A program made the translations under genes and the position numbers. This document shows, in pieces, positions 37,069 through 46,327 of a DNA stretch of 64,000 nt (position 1 is the first letter of the stretch; each line of letters starts with the position of its first letter). The notes beneath the pieces were generated by a model that was given only the letters and a program-made list of their open reading frames with translations, was not told the DNA's origin and ran no database searches. The stretch comes from an uncultured Bacteroidota bacterium. GTDB lineage: Bacteria; Bacteroidota; Ignavibacteria; UBA10030; UBA6906. The stretch is taken from contig CAWEKI010000008.1 in assembly GCA_963809695.1 (NCBI GenBank), positions 249,739 to 313,738 on the forward strand, given 5' to 3'.

Positions 37069-38451
37069 TCCGGGCTGTTTTGCTTTGAAGTCCTTATCTC
37101 TGATGGAGTTGGTGAAGTTCTCCTCTGACACCAGAGCATAGGGCTTTGCATGGGAAAAAAATCATCTCTGTCGTTGTCCCCGTTGTCAGGCCTCCCGCAT
37201 CAAGTGCAACGGTCACCGGGTGATCCGAGAGCTTGACGTTGGTCGAGAACGGTTGCTCAAGGTTCAGAGGTTTCAGTGCACCCGCTGTGGGACGAGCTTT
37301 ACTTCCCGGGGTGCTGGGCGGCGCCATCCGTGGTACAGTTCGGCGTTTGGCTGCGAGGTCACCCGGCGCCACATCGAGGGGGACAGCTACCGGGTGATCG
37401 GGCGGATGATTTACCGCGAGACGTTGCGCAAGATTGCTGCGACCCGTCTGCAGGCGATAGTGGCCGCAGTTGCTGAACGGTGTAGAAGCCCCTGGGAGAT
37501 GAGTGAGGAACTGAAGCCGCCGAAGTGGCGGGGGATCCTGGCCGTAGACGAGAAGAAGATCCCGGTAAGCCATGGGGGTGAGCTCTGGTGCTACGAGGCG
37601 ATCGATCTCTCTGGCGATGTGGTCCACTGGCGGGACGTCGCCGAGTGCTCGGTCACGGAGGCGATCGCCTTCCTGGAGGAGGTCAAGGCGTTAGGTTACA
37701 AGTGCGTTGCGATCACCAGCGATCTGGACACGGTCTTGACGCTGGCCATCGAGGCGGTCTATCCCAAAATTCCGCACCAGTACTGCATAAAACACGCCCT
37801 GGCGATCCTGGAGAAGATCTTGGGCTACCACCTGAGCGAACGCCGGAGGCGACAGCAGCGGGGCCAACTGCGCACGAGCTTCGAACGGCTGCCCTTGAAG
37901 AAAGGTCTCTACCTCGTGCGCGCCAGCAAGCAGTTTGTGGAGCAGTGGCGCGAGAGCCGAGGCGGGTCGAAGAAGGCGCGCGAGATCGCCGCCCTGCGCG
38001 AGCTGTGCCAGCAAATTCTCACCGCCCCAACGCAAGTGATCGCCCTCGACATGCTCCGCACGCTGCGGCATCGGCACTCGAGTGAGACCGTGCGCAAGTG
38101 GAAGGCGATCGCGTTTCTGGAGCGGCACTGGATGCGTCTGATGGCTCACCACCACACAAGCGGACTGCCGCGGACCAACAACATGGCCGAGACGTTCAAC
38201 AAGCAACTCATGCGCCGGCTCAAGACCCTCGAGCACTTCGGCCACCGCACGACGGCCGTCAACTACATGAAGCTCTTGGTCGCATACTTCAGGCTCAAGC
38301 CCTATACCGATTGCCGCAAAGGACGCAAGCATCTCAACGGCAAGAGTCGCCTTCAGGCCGCCGGCGTCAAACTCGCTCCGCAAGACTGGCTCAAGGCATG
38401 TCTCAAAATCTAAGGAAAATCAGCAACCGCAGGACGACACGCTTTCCGGGC
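37069..38451 (+). mobile_element. Insertion sequence, Mutator/IS256-like, flanked by TCCGGGC direct repeats
   Basis: TCCGGGC at 37069-37075 and 38445-38451 brackets a single transposase gene; no convincing terminal inverted repeats. Confidence 0.75.
37150..38413 (+). CDS. DDE transposase with N-terminal Zn ribbon (start out of frame)
   Basis: CPRC..KCNG..QRFQCTRC Zn ribbon; LAVDE, ITSD, HQYCIKH (CxxH), RTNNMAE; frame open from 37142 but nearest ATG 37150 is offset by one base across an A7 run. Confidence 0.85.
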
Positions 38452-38459
38452 CGGCTCGC

Positions 38460-38488
38460 TTGACAATCACTCAATTGCTGGCTATATT
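38460..38488 (+). promoter_or_regulatory. sigma70 promoter for the hypothetical-ybeY-smg-topA-xerC operon
   Basis: TTGACA-N17-TATATT. Confidence 0.8.
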
Positions 38489-38496
38489 GCCCCCGC

Positions 38497-38705
38497 GTGC
38501 CATATCGACGTTCTCTGGCTCTTCTTCACATTGCCCGGATCACGTCGAAATGGCACTGTTCCCTTGCCATTCAAGAGTCCAGGAGACACCAGATATATTG
38601 AACCAGTTGCCATTCCAATGGGCGCAGGCTACGCAGGGAAAAGAGTGCCACTCCAATTTCTTCAGCACCGCTCAGAACACTGACGGAAGAAATTGAAGTG
38701 GCACT
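38497..38705 (+). ncRNA. Putative structured 5' leader or small RNA (unknown family)
   Basis: Starts at the expected TSS; hairpins 38497-38556 and 38645-38704 (each 60 nt, 15- and 19-bp stems with 1 mismatch); central TTCCCT..AGGGAA stem. Confidence 0.45.
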
Positions 38706-38747
38706 GGTTTGTCGTATTATTCGATGCCAAGTTTTTCCGAGGGGACT

Positions 38748-39239
38748 ATGCCATTTGCATTCAAGGCTTCCGACATAAAAAAGCTGGAGAAGCTGTTCGG
38801 GACGGCGGCGAAACTAAAGGGTTCGAACTACCGGTTTGAGATTGGTGCCGCGGATCCGCGGCGGAAGCTGGCGCTGGAAATCTACACACAGATTCCGATC
38901 GGGAAGCAGAGAGGCAACCTCATTTCGGTCTACACGCAGAGCGCGCATCTCCAGCTGCATTTTTGTTCAGGCTATGTCGTCAGCGAAGTCCTGGGGGAAG
39001 CGACATTCGTGGGGGAGCAGGGTGGAAAGCTCTCGGGACTGATCATCGAAAAGGACGGAGGATGCTCCCTCTATGCGAACGTCGACCGGTCGCTGGTCTC
39101 GGGAGACTTCACGCAGCTCGGTCCTGAGGTGATGCTTTCCGGCATTGCACTTTCATTGACCGATACCATTCTCGAGTCAACCGAAGATGCAGCGAGGGTC
39201 GAAACGGTGACGCCCCGCAAGGCGCGCGCCCGCCGATGA
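38748..39239 (+). CDS. Hypothetical protein
   Basis: ATG after GAGGGG; typical codon usage; overlaps ybeY start; no family recognised. Confidence 0.75.
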   Translation: MPFAFKASDIKKLEKLFGTAAKLKGSNYRFEIGAADPRRKLALEIYTQIPIGKQRGNLISVYTQSAHLQLHFCSGYVVSEVLGEATFVGEQGGKLSGLIIEKDGGCSLYANVDRSLVSGDFTQLGPEVMLSGIALSLTDTILESTEDAARVETVTPRKARARR

Positions 39240-39688
39240 TGATCGACATTGTTAATGCGCATCCCAGGTACCGGGTGCGCCGTGCCCCGGCGATCCGTTG
39301 CGTCCGGGGGGTTGTCAACAGTGCCCGGCGGTCGCGAGGCGCGATCACGGTGGTGTTATGCGATGACAGGACGAGCCGGAGGTTGAACCGCCGATATTTG
39401 GCCCATGACCGCCCGACGGATGTCATCGCCTTTCCCCTCGGCGAGGGATCGAACCTCGAGGGGGAAATCTATGTTAATCTTGATAGAGCCCGGCGTCAGG
39501 CTCGGGCATACAACGTCACGGCGGCAAACGAAACTGCGCGCCTGATTATACACGGAACCCTGCATCTTTTGGGGTATGACGACCGTACGCGGGCAAAAGC
39601 CAGGCGCATGAAGGCTCGCGAAGACCTTCTGGTCAGTCACCTGGCTGGAATGGTGAAAAAGGAGAGGGATGAAAGAAAAAGTCGTTGA
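39236..39688 (+). CDS. ybeY: rRNA maturation endoribonuclease YbeY
   Basis: LNRRYL.HDRPTDVIAF, GEIY, IHGTLHLLGYDD, M...E. Confidence 0.92.
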   Translation: MMIDIVNAHPRYRVRRAPAIRCVRGVVNSARRSRGAITVVLCDDRTSRRLNRRYLAHDRPTDVIAFPLGEGSNLEGEIYVNLDRARRQARAYNVTAANETARLIIHGTLHLLGYDDRTRAKARRMKAREDLLVSHLAGMVKKERDERKSR

Positions 39689-40127
39689 GATTCTGATCTT
39701 CATCATGTCGGAGATCCAGGAGAACAAGCGGCTTAGCGAAATCGATCTGAACGATCTGCGGAACAAGGGGTATACGCAATCTGAGATCAGCGCCGCGTTC
39801 AGCTGGATCTATGACCATATGCACGTGTCACAAACCGGAGCTTCTCAGCGGATTGCTCCTGCGCTCGGCTCCCGGAGAATTCTTCATGATGCAGAAAAAC
39901 TGATGCTCTCGCGCGAAAGCCAGGGCTACCTCATTCAATTGCGGGAGCTCGGCCTGCTCAATGATACCGATCTTGAGAGCGTCATTGAACGCGTCATGGT
40001 CGCCGGGTATGAGAAGTTGACCGTAGCGGAGCTGCAGGAAATCGTTGCGTCGGTGCTCTTCTCCCGGGATAGCGGGGATGACGCGTCACGCCGCACAATG
40101 CTGAACAGTGGGGACACGATACACTAA
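39669..40127 (+). CDS. smg: DUF494/Smg family protein
   Basis: EILIFIM, GY..SEI..AFSW, RI....E, GYL..L...GLL....E.VIER; upstream of topA. Confidence 0.8.
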   Translation: MKEKVVEILIFIMSEIQENKRLSEIDLNDLRNKGYTQSEISAAFSWIYDHMHVSQTGASQRIAPALGSRRILHDAEKLMLSRESQGYLIQLRELGLLNDTDLESVIERVMVAGYEKLTVAELQEIVASVLFSRDSGDDASRRTMLNSGDTIH

Positions 40128-42502
40128 TGGCAAAACGCAAAACCAAGTACACCGAAACACCATCTTCAGATCAGCCAGTCGTTGCATCAGCGGAGAAACC
40201 TGCCAGGAAGACACGGAGAGCCCCGGCCGCGGCCGACCCGAACGGCCGTTCACTGATCATCGTGGAATCGCCTTCGAAAGCCAAAACCATCAACAAGTAT
40301 CTTGGCTCCGATTACGTCGTCGAAGCGTCGGTGGGGCACATCAAGAACCTGCCGAAAAGCAGGATCGGGATCGATGTCGAGGGAGGCTTCATCCCTGAGT
40401 ACGAGACCATCAAGGGGAAGGACGAGGTCGTCGCACGGCTGCGGAGCCATGCGGCCCACGCCTCTGTCGTCTACCTGGCGACTGACCCGGACCGTGAAGG
40501 CGAAGCCATCGCATGGCACATCGCCAAGGAGATCGAAGATGGCAACCCGAAGATCTTCCGGGTGATGTTCCATGAAATCACCGAGCGCGGCATCGCGGAA
40601 GCTATGCAGCACCCGCTGAAGATCGACCAGAACCTGGTGGATTCTCAGCAGGCCCGGCGCGTGATGGACCGGCTGGTGGGATACAAAATCTCTCCCTTCG
40701 TCTGGAAGACCGTCTTCTACGGCCTTTCCGCGGGACGAGTGCAATCCGTCGCCGTCCGGCTGATCTGCGAACGCGAAGAGGCTATTAACTCGTTCATTCC
40801 TCAGGAGTACTGGTCGATCATCGGGGAATTTCGCTCGAACGGGAGCGAACCATTCCTGGCGAAACTCTTCAAAGTCACGGGGGAAGATCCCAGGATCAAC
40901 GATGCGACGACGGCCGAGGGGTATGTACGGAATATCCGGGAGCAGAGCTACAGCATCGCCGATATCCAGAAGAAGCCTGTCAGGCGAAATCCCCCCCCGC
41001 CCTTCATCACCAGTACACTCCAGCAGGAATCGGCACGGCGGCTCCGGTTCCAGGCGAAGCGTACCATGATGCTTGCGCAAAAGTTATACGAGGGGGTGGA
41101 GCTCGGGGACGAGGGCCGCGTCGGGCTGATCACCTATATGCGCACGGATTCCACCCGTCTCAGCGACGACGCCGTCAAGGACGTCCGTGAGTACATCTAT
41201 GCCAACTACGGGAAGGAATATGTCCCGCATGAGCCGCGCTTGTTCAAGAAAGGGAAGAGCTCGCAGGATGCGCACGAAGCCATCCGACCGACCTCGATGA
41301 AGCATTCCCCGAAGGCGGTCCGCAAATATCTGGAGAAAGAGATGTATGAGCTGTACGAGCTGATCTGGAACCGGTTTCTTGCCTGCCAGATGAGTGCCGC
41401 CATCTTCGAGCAGGTCACGGTGGATATAATGGGGGGAGACTATCTCTTCCGTGCCACCGATTCGATCCAGCAGTTCCGGGGATTCCTCCAGATCTACGAT
41501 GACCTGGTTGACGAGGCGGAAAAGCAGAACGGTTTGGACGAAGATCCGGTTTCAAAGCTACCGACGGGGCTGAAAGCGGGAGAACGAGCGGAGTTGACGA
41601 ATGTCTTTCCCAATCAGCATTTTACTAAGCCGCCTCCCCGCTACACGGAGAGCAGCCTGGTGAAGGAGCTGGAAGCGCTCGGGATCGGACGTCCCAGTAC
41701 CTACGCGCTGATCGTGGACACGATCCAGGCCCGAAAGTATGTGGAGCAGCGCGAGCGTAAGCTGTACCCGACGTCGCTGGGGATCGCCGTCAACCGGATC
41801 CTGGTGGAACATTTCCCGCATCTTTTCAACGTGCAGTTCACCGCGCGTATGGAAGAGGAACTCGACACCATTGCATCCGGCAAGAGCACGTACCGGCGCG
41901 TGATGGACGACTTCTATCATCCTTTCATCAGGGATCTGGAAGGAGTAGACAAGAAAAGCGCGGCCATTAAGAAGTCGCTGCAGGAGCCGACGAACGAAGT
42001 GTGCGAGATCTGCGGCAAGTCGATGATCATCAAGTGGGGGCGCAACGGCCGGTTTATGGCATGCAGCGGCTATCCTGCATGCAAAAACACCAAGCCGCTT
42101 CCCGAAGAGCAGGAGCAGACGAAGCACGTCATCGGAATGAAGTGCGAGTTGTGCGGCGGCAACATGGTGGTGAAGGGGGGAAAATTCGGCGCGTTCCTCG
42201 GCTGCTCGAACTATCCGACGTGCAAGAATACGAAGCCGATCTCCATAGGGATGAAGTGCCCGAAGTGCAAGGATGGCGATGTCATTGAGCGGAAGACGAA
42301 GCGCAAGCGGATCTTCTATGGCTGCTCGCGCTATCCCGACTGTGACTTTGCCTCCTGGGAAAAACCTGTCGCCCGCGCTTGCGACACCTGCGGGAATCCG
42401 TACCTGGTCCAGAAGTATACTCAAAGCCGGGGCGAATACCTGGTCTGCCCCTCCTGCAAAGCTGAGATTGCGAAGGAAGAACCGCAGGCGGCCGCCGGGT
42501 AG
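40127..42502 (+). CDS. topA: DNA topoisomerase I
   Basis: IVESPSKA, ATDPDREGE, SAGRVQS, ITYMRTDS, GIGRPSTY, C-terminal C4 zinc fingers. Confidence 0.98.
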   Translation: MAKRKTKYTETPSSDQPVVASAEKPARKTRRAPAAADPNGRSLIIVESPSKAKTINKYLGSDYVVEASVGHIKNLPKSRIGIDVEGGFIPEYETIKGKDEVVARLRSHAAHASVVYLATDPDREGEAIAWHIAKEIEDGNPKIFRVMFHEITERGIAEAMQHPLKIDQNLVDSQQARRVMDRLVGYKISPFVWKTVFYGLSAGRVQSVAVRLICEREEAINSFIPQEYWSIIGEFRSNGSEPFLAKLFKVTGEDPRINDATTAEGYVRNIREQSYSIADIQKKPVRRNPPPPFITSTLQQESARRLRFQAKRTMMLAQKLYEGVELGDEGRVGLITYMRTDSTRLSDDAVKDVREYIYANYGKEYVPHEPRLFKKGKSSQDAHEAIRPTSMKHSPKAVRKYLEKEMYELYELIWNRFLACQMSAAIFEQVTVDIMGGDYLFRATDSIQQFRGFLQIYDDLVDEAEKQNGLDEDPVSKLPTGLKAGERAELTNVFPNQHFTKPPPRYTESSLVKELEALGIGRPSTYALIVDTIQARKYVEQRERKLYPTSLGIAVNRILVEHFPHLFNVQFTARMEEELDTIASGKSTYRRVMDDFYHPFIRDLEGVDKKSAAIKKSLQEPTNEVCEICGKSMIIKWGRNGRFMACSGYPACKNTKPLPEEQEQTKHVIGMKCELCGGNMVVKGGKFGAFLGCSNYPTCKNTKPISIGMKCPKCKDGDVIERKTKRKRIFYGCSRYPDCDFASWEKPVARACDTCGNPYLVQKYTQSRGEYLVCPSCKAEIAKEEPQAAAG

Positions 42503-42524
42503 TGCCATTGCATCACGGGACGTC

Positions 42525-43439
42525 ATGCAAGAATACGTCGAAGCGTTTCTTCGCCATCTGAAGCTGGAACGGAACTATTCTCCGCGCACGCTCGCATCCT
42601 ACGGGGATGACCTGCGCAATTTCCTGGATTTCCTGGACCGCCGGACCGCTGGCGCGGGTGCGCTTTCGCCCGCGGCTGTCGACCGCCAACTTCTCCGCGC
42701 CTTCCTCAGAGATCTCCTGGGTCTCGGCTACGCCAAGCGCTCCATCGCCCGTAAGCTGGCCTGTCTCCGCTCGTTCTTCCGGTATTTGAAGAAGACCGGT
42801 GTTGTGCAGGCTTCCCCTATGGCCACAATCGTCTCCCCCAAGCTCGACCGCCGGCTCCCGCACTTTCTTGATGAAGACAGCATGCGCAGGCTGATGGATC
42901 AACCTGACGGCGCAACGCCGCAGGGGATGCGGGATCGCGCTCTGCTCGAGCTGTTGTACAGCACCGGCATCCGGCTGAGCGAGCTGATCGGCCTCAATCT
43001 GCAGGACATGGAGATGAGCGGCGGGACGATCCGGGTGCTCGGGAAGGGAAACAAGCAGCGGATTGTGCCTTTCGGACGCCCTGCGAGACGAGCGTTGGAG
43101 GCGTACCTTTCCGTCCGCGCGTCACTGGTGGGAAAAGCGCCGCCGGGCACCCTGTCGGCCGAACCCGTGTTTCTCACCGTGCGCGGGAAGCGCATGAATC
43201 CCAAGGGAGTCAATGTGCTGGTCGGGAAGTATATCAGCCGGGTTTCCGAGATCGAAAAGAAAAGTCCGCACGTCATCCGGCACACCTTTGCGACACACAT
43301 GCTGGACCGGGGAGCGGACCTCCAGGCGGTGAAAGAACTCCTTGGACATGAAAGCCTTTCAACCACACAAATCTACACCCATGTCAGCGTCGATCGATTA
43401 AAGAGCATCTACTCCCGGGCTCATCCGAAAGCCGGTTGA
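42525..43439 (+). CDS. xerC: Tyrosine recombinase XerC
   Basis: RDRALLELLYSTGIRLSEL, GKGNKQR, PHVIRHTFATH, LLGHESLSTTQIYTH. Confidence 0.93.
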   Translation: MQEYVEAFLRHLKLERNYSPRTLASYGDDLRNFLDFLDRRTAGAGALSPAAVDRQLLRAFLRDLLGLGYAKRSIARKLACLRSFFRYLKKTGVVQASPMATIVSPKLDRRLPHFLDEDSMRRLMDQPDGATPQGMRDRALLELLYSTGIRLSELIGLNLQDMEMSGGTIRVLGKGNKQRIVPFGRPARRALEAYLSVRASLVGKAPPGTLSAEPVFLTVRGKRMNPKGVNVLVGKYISRVSEIEKKSPHVIRHTFATHMLDRGADLQAVKELLGHESLSTTQIYTHVSVDRLKSIYSRAHPKAG

Positions 43440-43471
43440 GCAGGGTCTCACGTAACGGAAAGGAATGACCC

Positions 43472-43804
43472 ATGCACATCAAGTTTACAGCTCGCCACTT
43501 CCGTGCTCATGTCGAAATCAAAGAGCATGCAATCGAGATGGTGAAAAAGCTTGATAAGTTCTATGACGGGATCGTTACCGCGGACATCATCCTGAGCTAC
43601 GAACGCGCGACCAAAAGCGTGAAGTCTGCGGAGATCAACCTTCATGTGTATGGCGGGGTTCTCACGGCGAAGGAAAAATCAGAAGACTACGTCAAGTCCA
43701 TCGATGCCGCTGTGGAAAAGCTCGTCCAGCAGCTCACGAAGTACAAGACGAAACTGCACGCCAAGGACAAGGGAAAAGTCCGTGAGATACAGGAGAAATT
43801 CTAG
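43472..43804 (+). CDS. raiA: Ribosome hibernation factor RaiA/HPF
   Basis: ARHF, KLDKF, AEINL, SIDAAVEKL..QL.KYK. Confidence 0.9.
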   Translation: MHIKFTARHFRAHVEIKEHAIEMVKKLDKFYDGIVTADIILSYERATKSVKSAEINLHVYGGVLTAKEKSEDYVKSIDAAVEKLVQQLTKYKTKLHAKDKGKVREIQEKF

Positions 43805-43837
43805 CATCGGCATTCATGGCACTCCACAGGAGACCCT

Positions 43838-44845
43838 ATGAAAATCGACAAGACCCGCGAGACCAGGAAAAAAAGCTTCACCGTGGGATTCCTGTTCGAG
43901 GCGACCGCAGACCGCTTCAAGCTGAAAAAGCTGAACGGTGAGAACGGGTTCGAGAACCAGATACGGGATAAGAACCTCAATCGCCCGGGGCTGGCGCTCG
44001 CAGGCTATCTGGATCTTTTCACCTATGACCGGGTCCAGATCATCGGCAATACCGAGATCCGGTACCTCAGTTCCCTGCAACCGGCGCAGCGGACTCAGGC
44101 GTTCACCAGGTTGCTGGACTACCACATGCCGTGCATTGTTCTCACCAACAACAACAAGCTGCATGAGAGCCTGCTGGAGGCGGCCGCGGCAAAGAACATC
44201 CCGGTGTTTGGGACACCGTTCGAAACAACCAAGATTGTTTACTTCCTTGCGGATTTCCTCGATGACCAGTTCTCTCCCCAGGTGGTCGTTCACGGCTCCC
44301 TGGTGGACGTCTACGGCGTCGGGGTACTGCTGACCGGCCGTTCCGGGATCGGCAAGAGCGAAATCGCCCTCGACCTGATCGAGCGGGGACATCGGCTCGC
44401 CGCCGATGATGTTGTCATGATTACCCGGAAGGGTGAAGGCATTCTCATGGGTGCGGGGACTGATCTGGTCAAGCACTTCATGGAAATCCGCGGGCTTGGA
44501 CTGCTTGATGTCCGGAGCATGTTCGGGATTCGCGCAATCCGTTATCAAAAGCGGGTGGAAGTGGTGGTAGAACTGGAGGAATGGAAAGTGGACCAGGAAT
44601 ACACCCGAACAGGACTCGATGATCAGAGTATCGCTATCCTGGACGTCGAGGTTCCACTGGTAAAACTCCCGATTTTCCCGGGGAAAAACGTCACCGTGAT
44701 TACGGAGGTGATCGCCCTCAACTACTTATTGAAACACTACGGTTACGATGCTGCCAAGGAGTTTGCAAAACGGCTGGAAGGGATGATTGGCCAGAAAAAG
44801 AAAGGGAACAGGGTCATTAATTACTTCGAGCACGATTTTGAATAG
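43838..44845 (+). CDS. hprK: HPr kinase/phosphorylase
   Basis: NRPGLALAG, HGSLVDVYGVGVLLTGRSGIGKSE, GHRLAADD, MEIRGLG. Confidence 0.96.
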   Translation: MKIDKTRETRKKSFTVGFLFEATADRFKLKKLNGENGFENQIRDKNLNRPGLALAGYLDLFTYDRVQIIGNTEIRYLSSLQPAQRTQAFTRLLDYHMPCIVLTNNNKLHESLLEAAAAKNIPVFGTPFETTKIVYFLADFLDDQFSPQVVVHGSLVDVYGVGVLLTGRSGIGKSEIALDLIERGHRLAADDVVMITRKGEGILMGAGTDLVKHFMEIRGLGLLDVRSMFGIRAIRYQKRVEVVVELEEWKVDQEYTRTGLDDQSIAILDVEVPLVKLPIFPGKNVTVITEVIALNYLLKHYGYDAAKEFAKRLEGMIGQKKKGNRVINYFEHDFE

Positions 44846-44889
44846 CTACAGGCTCGTTTGTATTTTTTTCAAAATGTTTCCTTTTTTCC

Positions 44890-44935
44890 TTGACAAGTCG
44901 GTGAATATTCTTTATTATGGCGAAAGATTTCGCCA
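44890..44935 (+). promoter_or_regulatory. sigma70 promoter with palindromic operator over the start site
   Basis: TTGACA-N17-TATTAT, overlapped by TGGCGAAA-GA-TTTCGCCA (44918-44935). Confidence 0.7.
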
Positions 44936-45062
44936 GTAAGCCCTCTCGCTGTATTCCATGCTTGGCACGGGGTGTGTGCCACAATCTCCGTCCAGATTTT
45001 CAATTTTCGACGTGTTCGGTCGACTCACTGCAGACATACGCAGGCAGACCAAAGGTCTTTTT

Positions 45063-46019
45063 ATGTTGAGGAACATAAAATTCTTCGTTGTCTCCAGCAG
45101 GTCTCTTGATTTCCGCGAGATCAGGTTTTTCAAGACCAAGCTTGTGGGCTCGGGTTTGGTCCTTGGCCTTGTGACCGTGGTCTGCATTCTCCTGGTGAAT
45201 TTCCTACTGAATGATATTCTGGGGATCGGCATGGATCGGATCAATCTTCTGAGTGCTGAGAACCAGGTGCTGAAAGAGCAGGTACGAGGCATGGGGCAGA
45301 AGATGGCAATGGTCCAGCGAACACTGGAAGGCCTCGCTGCCCGGGGGAATGAATTGCGTTTGATGGTGGATCTCTCCAAGATCGACGACGACACCCGCTC
45401 CGCTGCCATCGGGGGTGCCACCGCGCCTGCCGCGAATGCATTCCTTACGGGCGAAGCGGCTGCGGTTCTCTCTTCCTCACAGGCACTCATTGAACAACTC
45501 ACGCGGGAGATCAAGCTGCAACAGGCGAGTTATGAAGAGATCTCCAAGCGCGTTGAGTATAACAAGGGGTTCTTCGGCCACCTGCCTGCGATCAAGCCCA
45601 TGGCCGGTCCCTACTCGGTCAACGGCTTCGGGATGCGCGTGCATCCGGTCCTGCGTGTGTACAGGATGCATGAGGGCATCGACATCGTGAACGACGTCGG
45701 GACCAATGTGTATGCAGCGGGGGATGGCATTGTGCATTTCGCCGGACGTACGGCGGGTGGCTACGGCGTTGTGATCGAGCTCTCCCATGGGTACGGCTAT
45801 TCTTCGCTCTACGCCCATCTCGACAAGGTTCTTGTCCGTCCCGGACAGTCCGTTCGGCGGGGGGAACTTATAGCAAAAAGCGGACGTTCAGGTTTAGTGA
45901 GCGGACCGCATCTTCACTTCGAAGTGCGGCGCGACGGAAGAAAACAGAATCCTGTTGACTTCTTCTTCGACGATGTCCAGGCTGCCCGGTATCGGGCGCA
46001 GCTTGCATCGATGCATTAG
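45063..46019 (+). CDS. M23-family metallopeptidase
   Basis: N-terminal TM and coiled coil; FGMRVHP, MHEGID, LYAHL, GPHLHFEV, NP. Confidence 0.93.
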   Translation: MLRNIKFFVVSSRSLDFREIRFFKTKLVGSGLVLGLVTVVCILLVNFLLNDILGIGMDRINLLSAENQVLKEQVRGMGQKMAMVQRTLEGLAARGNELRLMVDLSKIDDDTRSAAIGGATAPAANAFLTGEAAAVLSSSQALIEQLTREIKLQQASYEEISKRVEYNKGFFGHLPAIKPMAGPYSVNGFGMRVHPVLRVYRMHEGIDIVNDVGTNVYAAGDGIVHFAGRTAGGYGVVIELSHGYGYSSLYAHLDKVLVRPGQSVRRGELIAKSGRSGLVSGPHLHFEVRRDGRKQNPVDFFFDDVQAARYRAQLASMH

Positions 46020-46056
46020 CCTGATGCAATCTCAAACGCAACGTGAGAGGTGAGAG

Positions 46057-46281
46057 TTGATCTGGACAATGGAATTAGCCTCCTACCTGGATGATGCTCC
46101 ATGGCCTGCCACGAAGGACGAACTGATTGATTACGCGATCAGGACTGGCGCGCCGGTGGAAGTCGTCGAGAACTTGCAGGAGCTGGAAGACAGCGAGGAG
46201 CCGTACGAAAGCATGGACGAAATCTGGCCGGATTATCCGACCGACGAGGATTTTTTCTTTGAGGACGAAGGCGAATACTAA
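46057..46281 (+). CDS. DUF2795-family small acidic protein
   Basis: WTMELASYLDDAPWPATKDELIDYAIRTGAP.EV.ENLQ..EIWPDYP typical of Bacteroidota/Chlorobiota. Confidence 0.88.
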   Translation: MIWTMELASYLDDAPWPATKDELIDYAIRTGAPVEVVENLQELEDSEEPYESMDEIWPDYPTDEDFFFEDEGEY

Positions 46282-46327
46282 CCCCTCGTGCGTTTGATTT
46301 TCGTCCGTGAATTCGCTACAATTATAT

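Noticed and set aside
38460-38696. 78-aa ORF after the IS
   Set aside because: Its TTG start is the -35 box itself, there is no RBS, and the region is better explained as promoter plus structured leader
38497-38705. CRISPR mini-array, integron attC sites or sigma54 promoters
   Set aside because: No identical direct repeats with spacers and no cas genes; no RYYYAAC/GTTRRRY ends; the TGGCAC copies lack TTGC at the N5 spacing
42525-43439. Tyrosine recombinase as a prophage/ICE integrase
   Set aside because: Sequence and topA-xerC-raiA context indicate chromosomal XerC; no att sites or cargo
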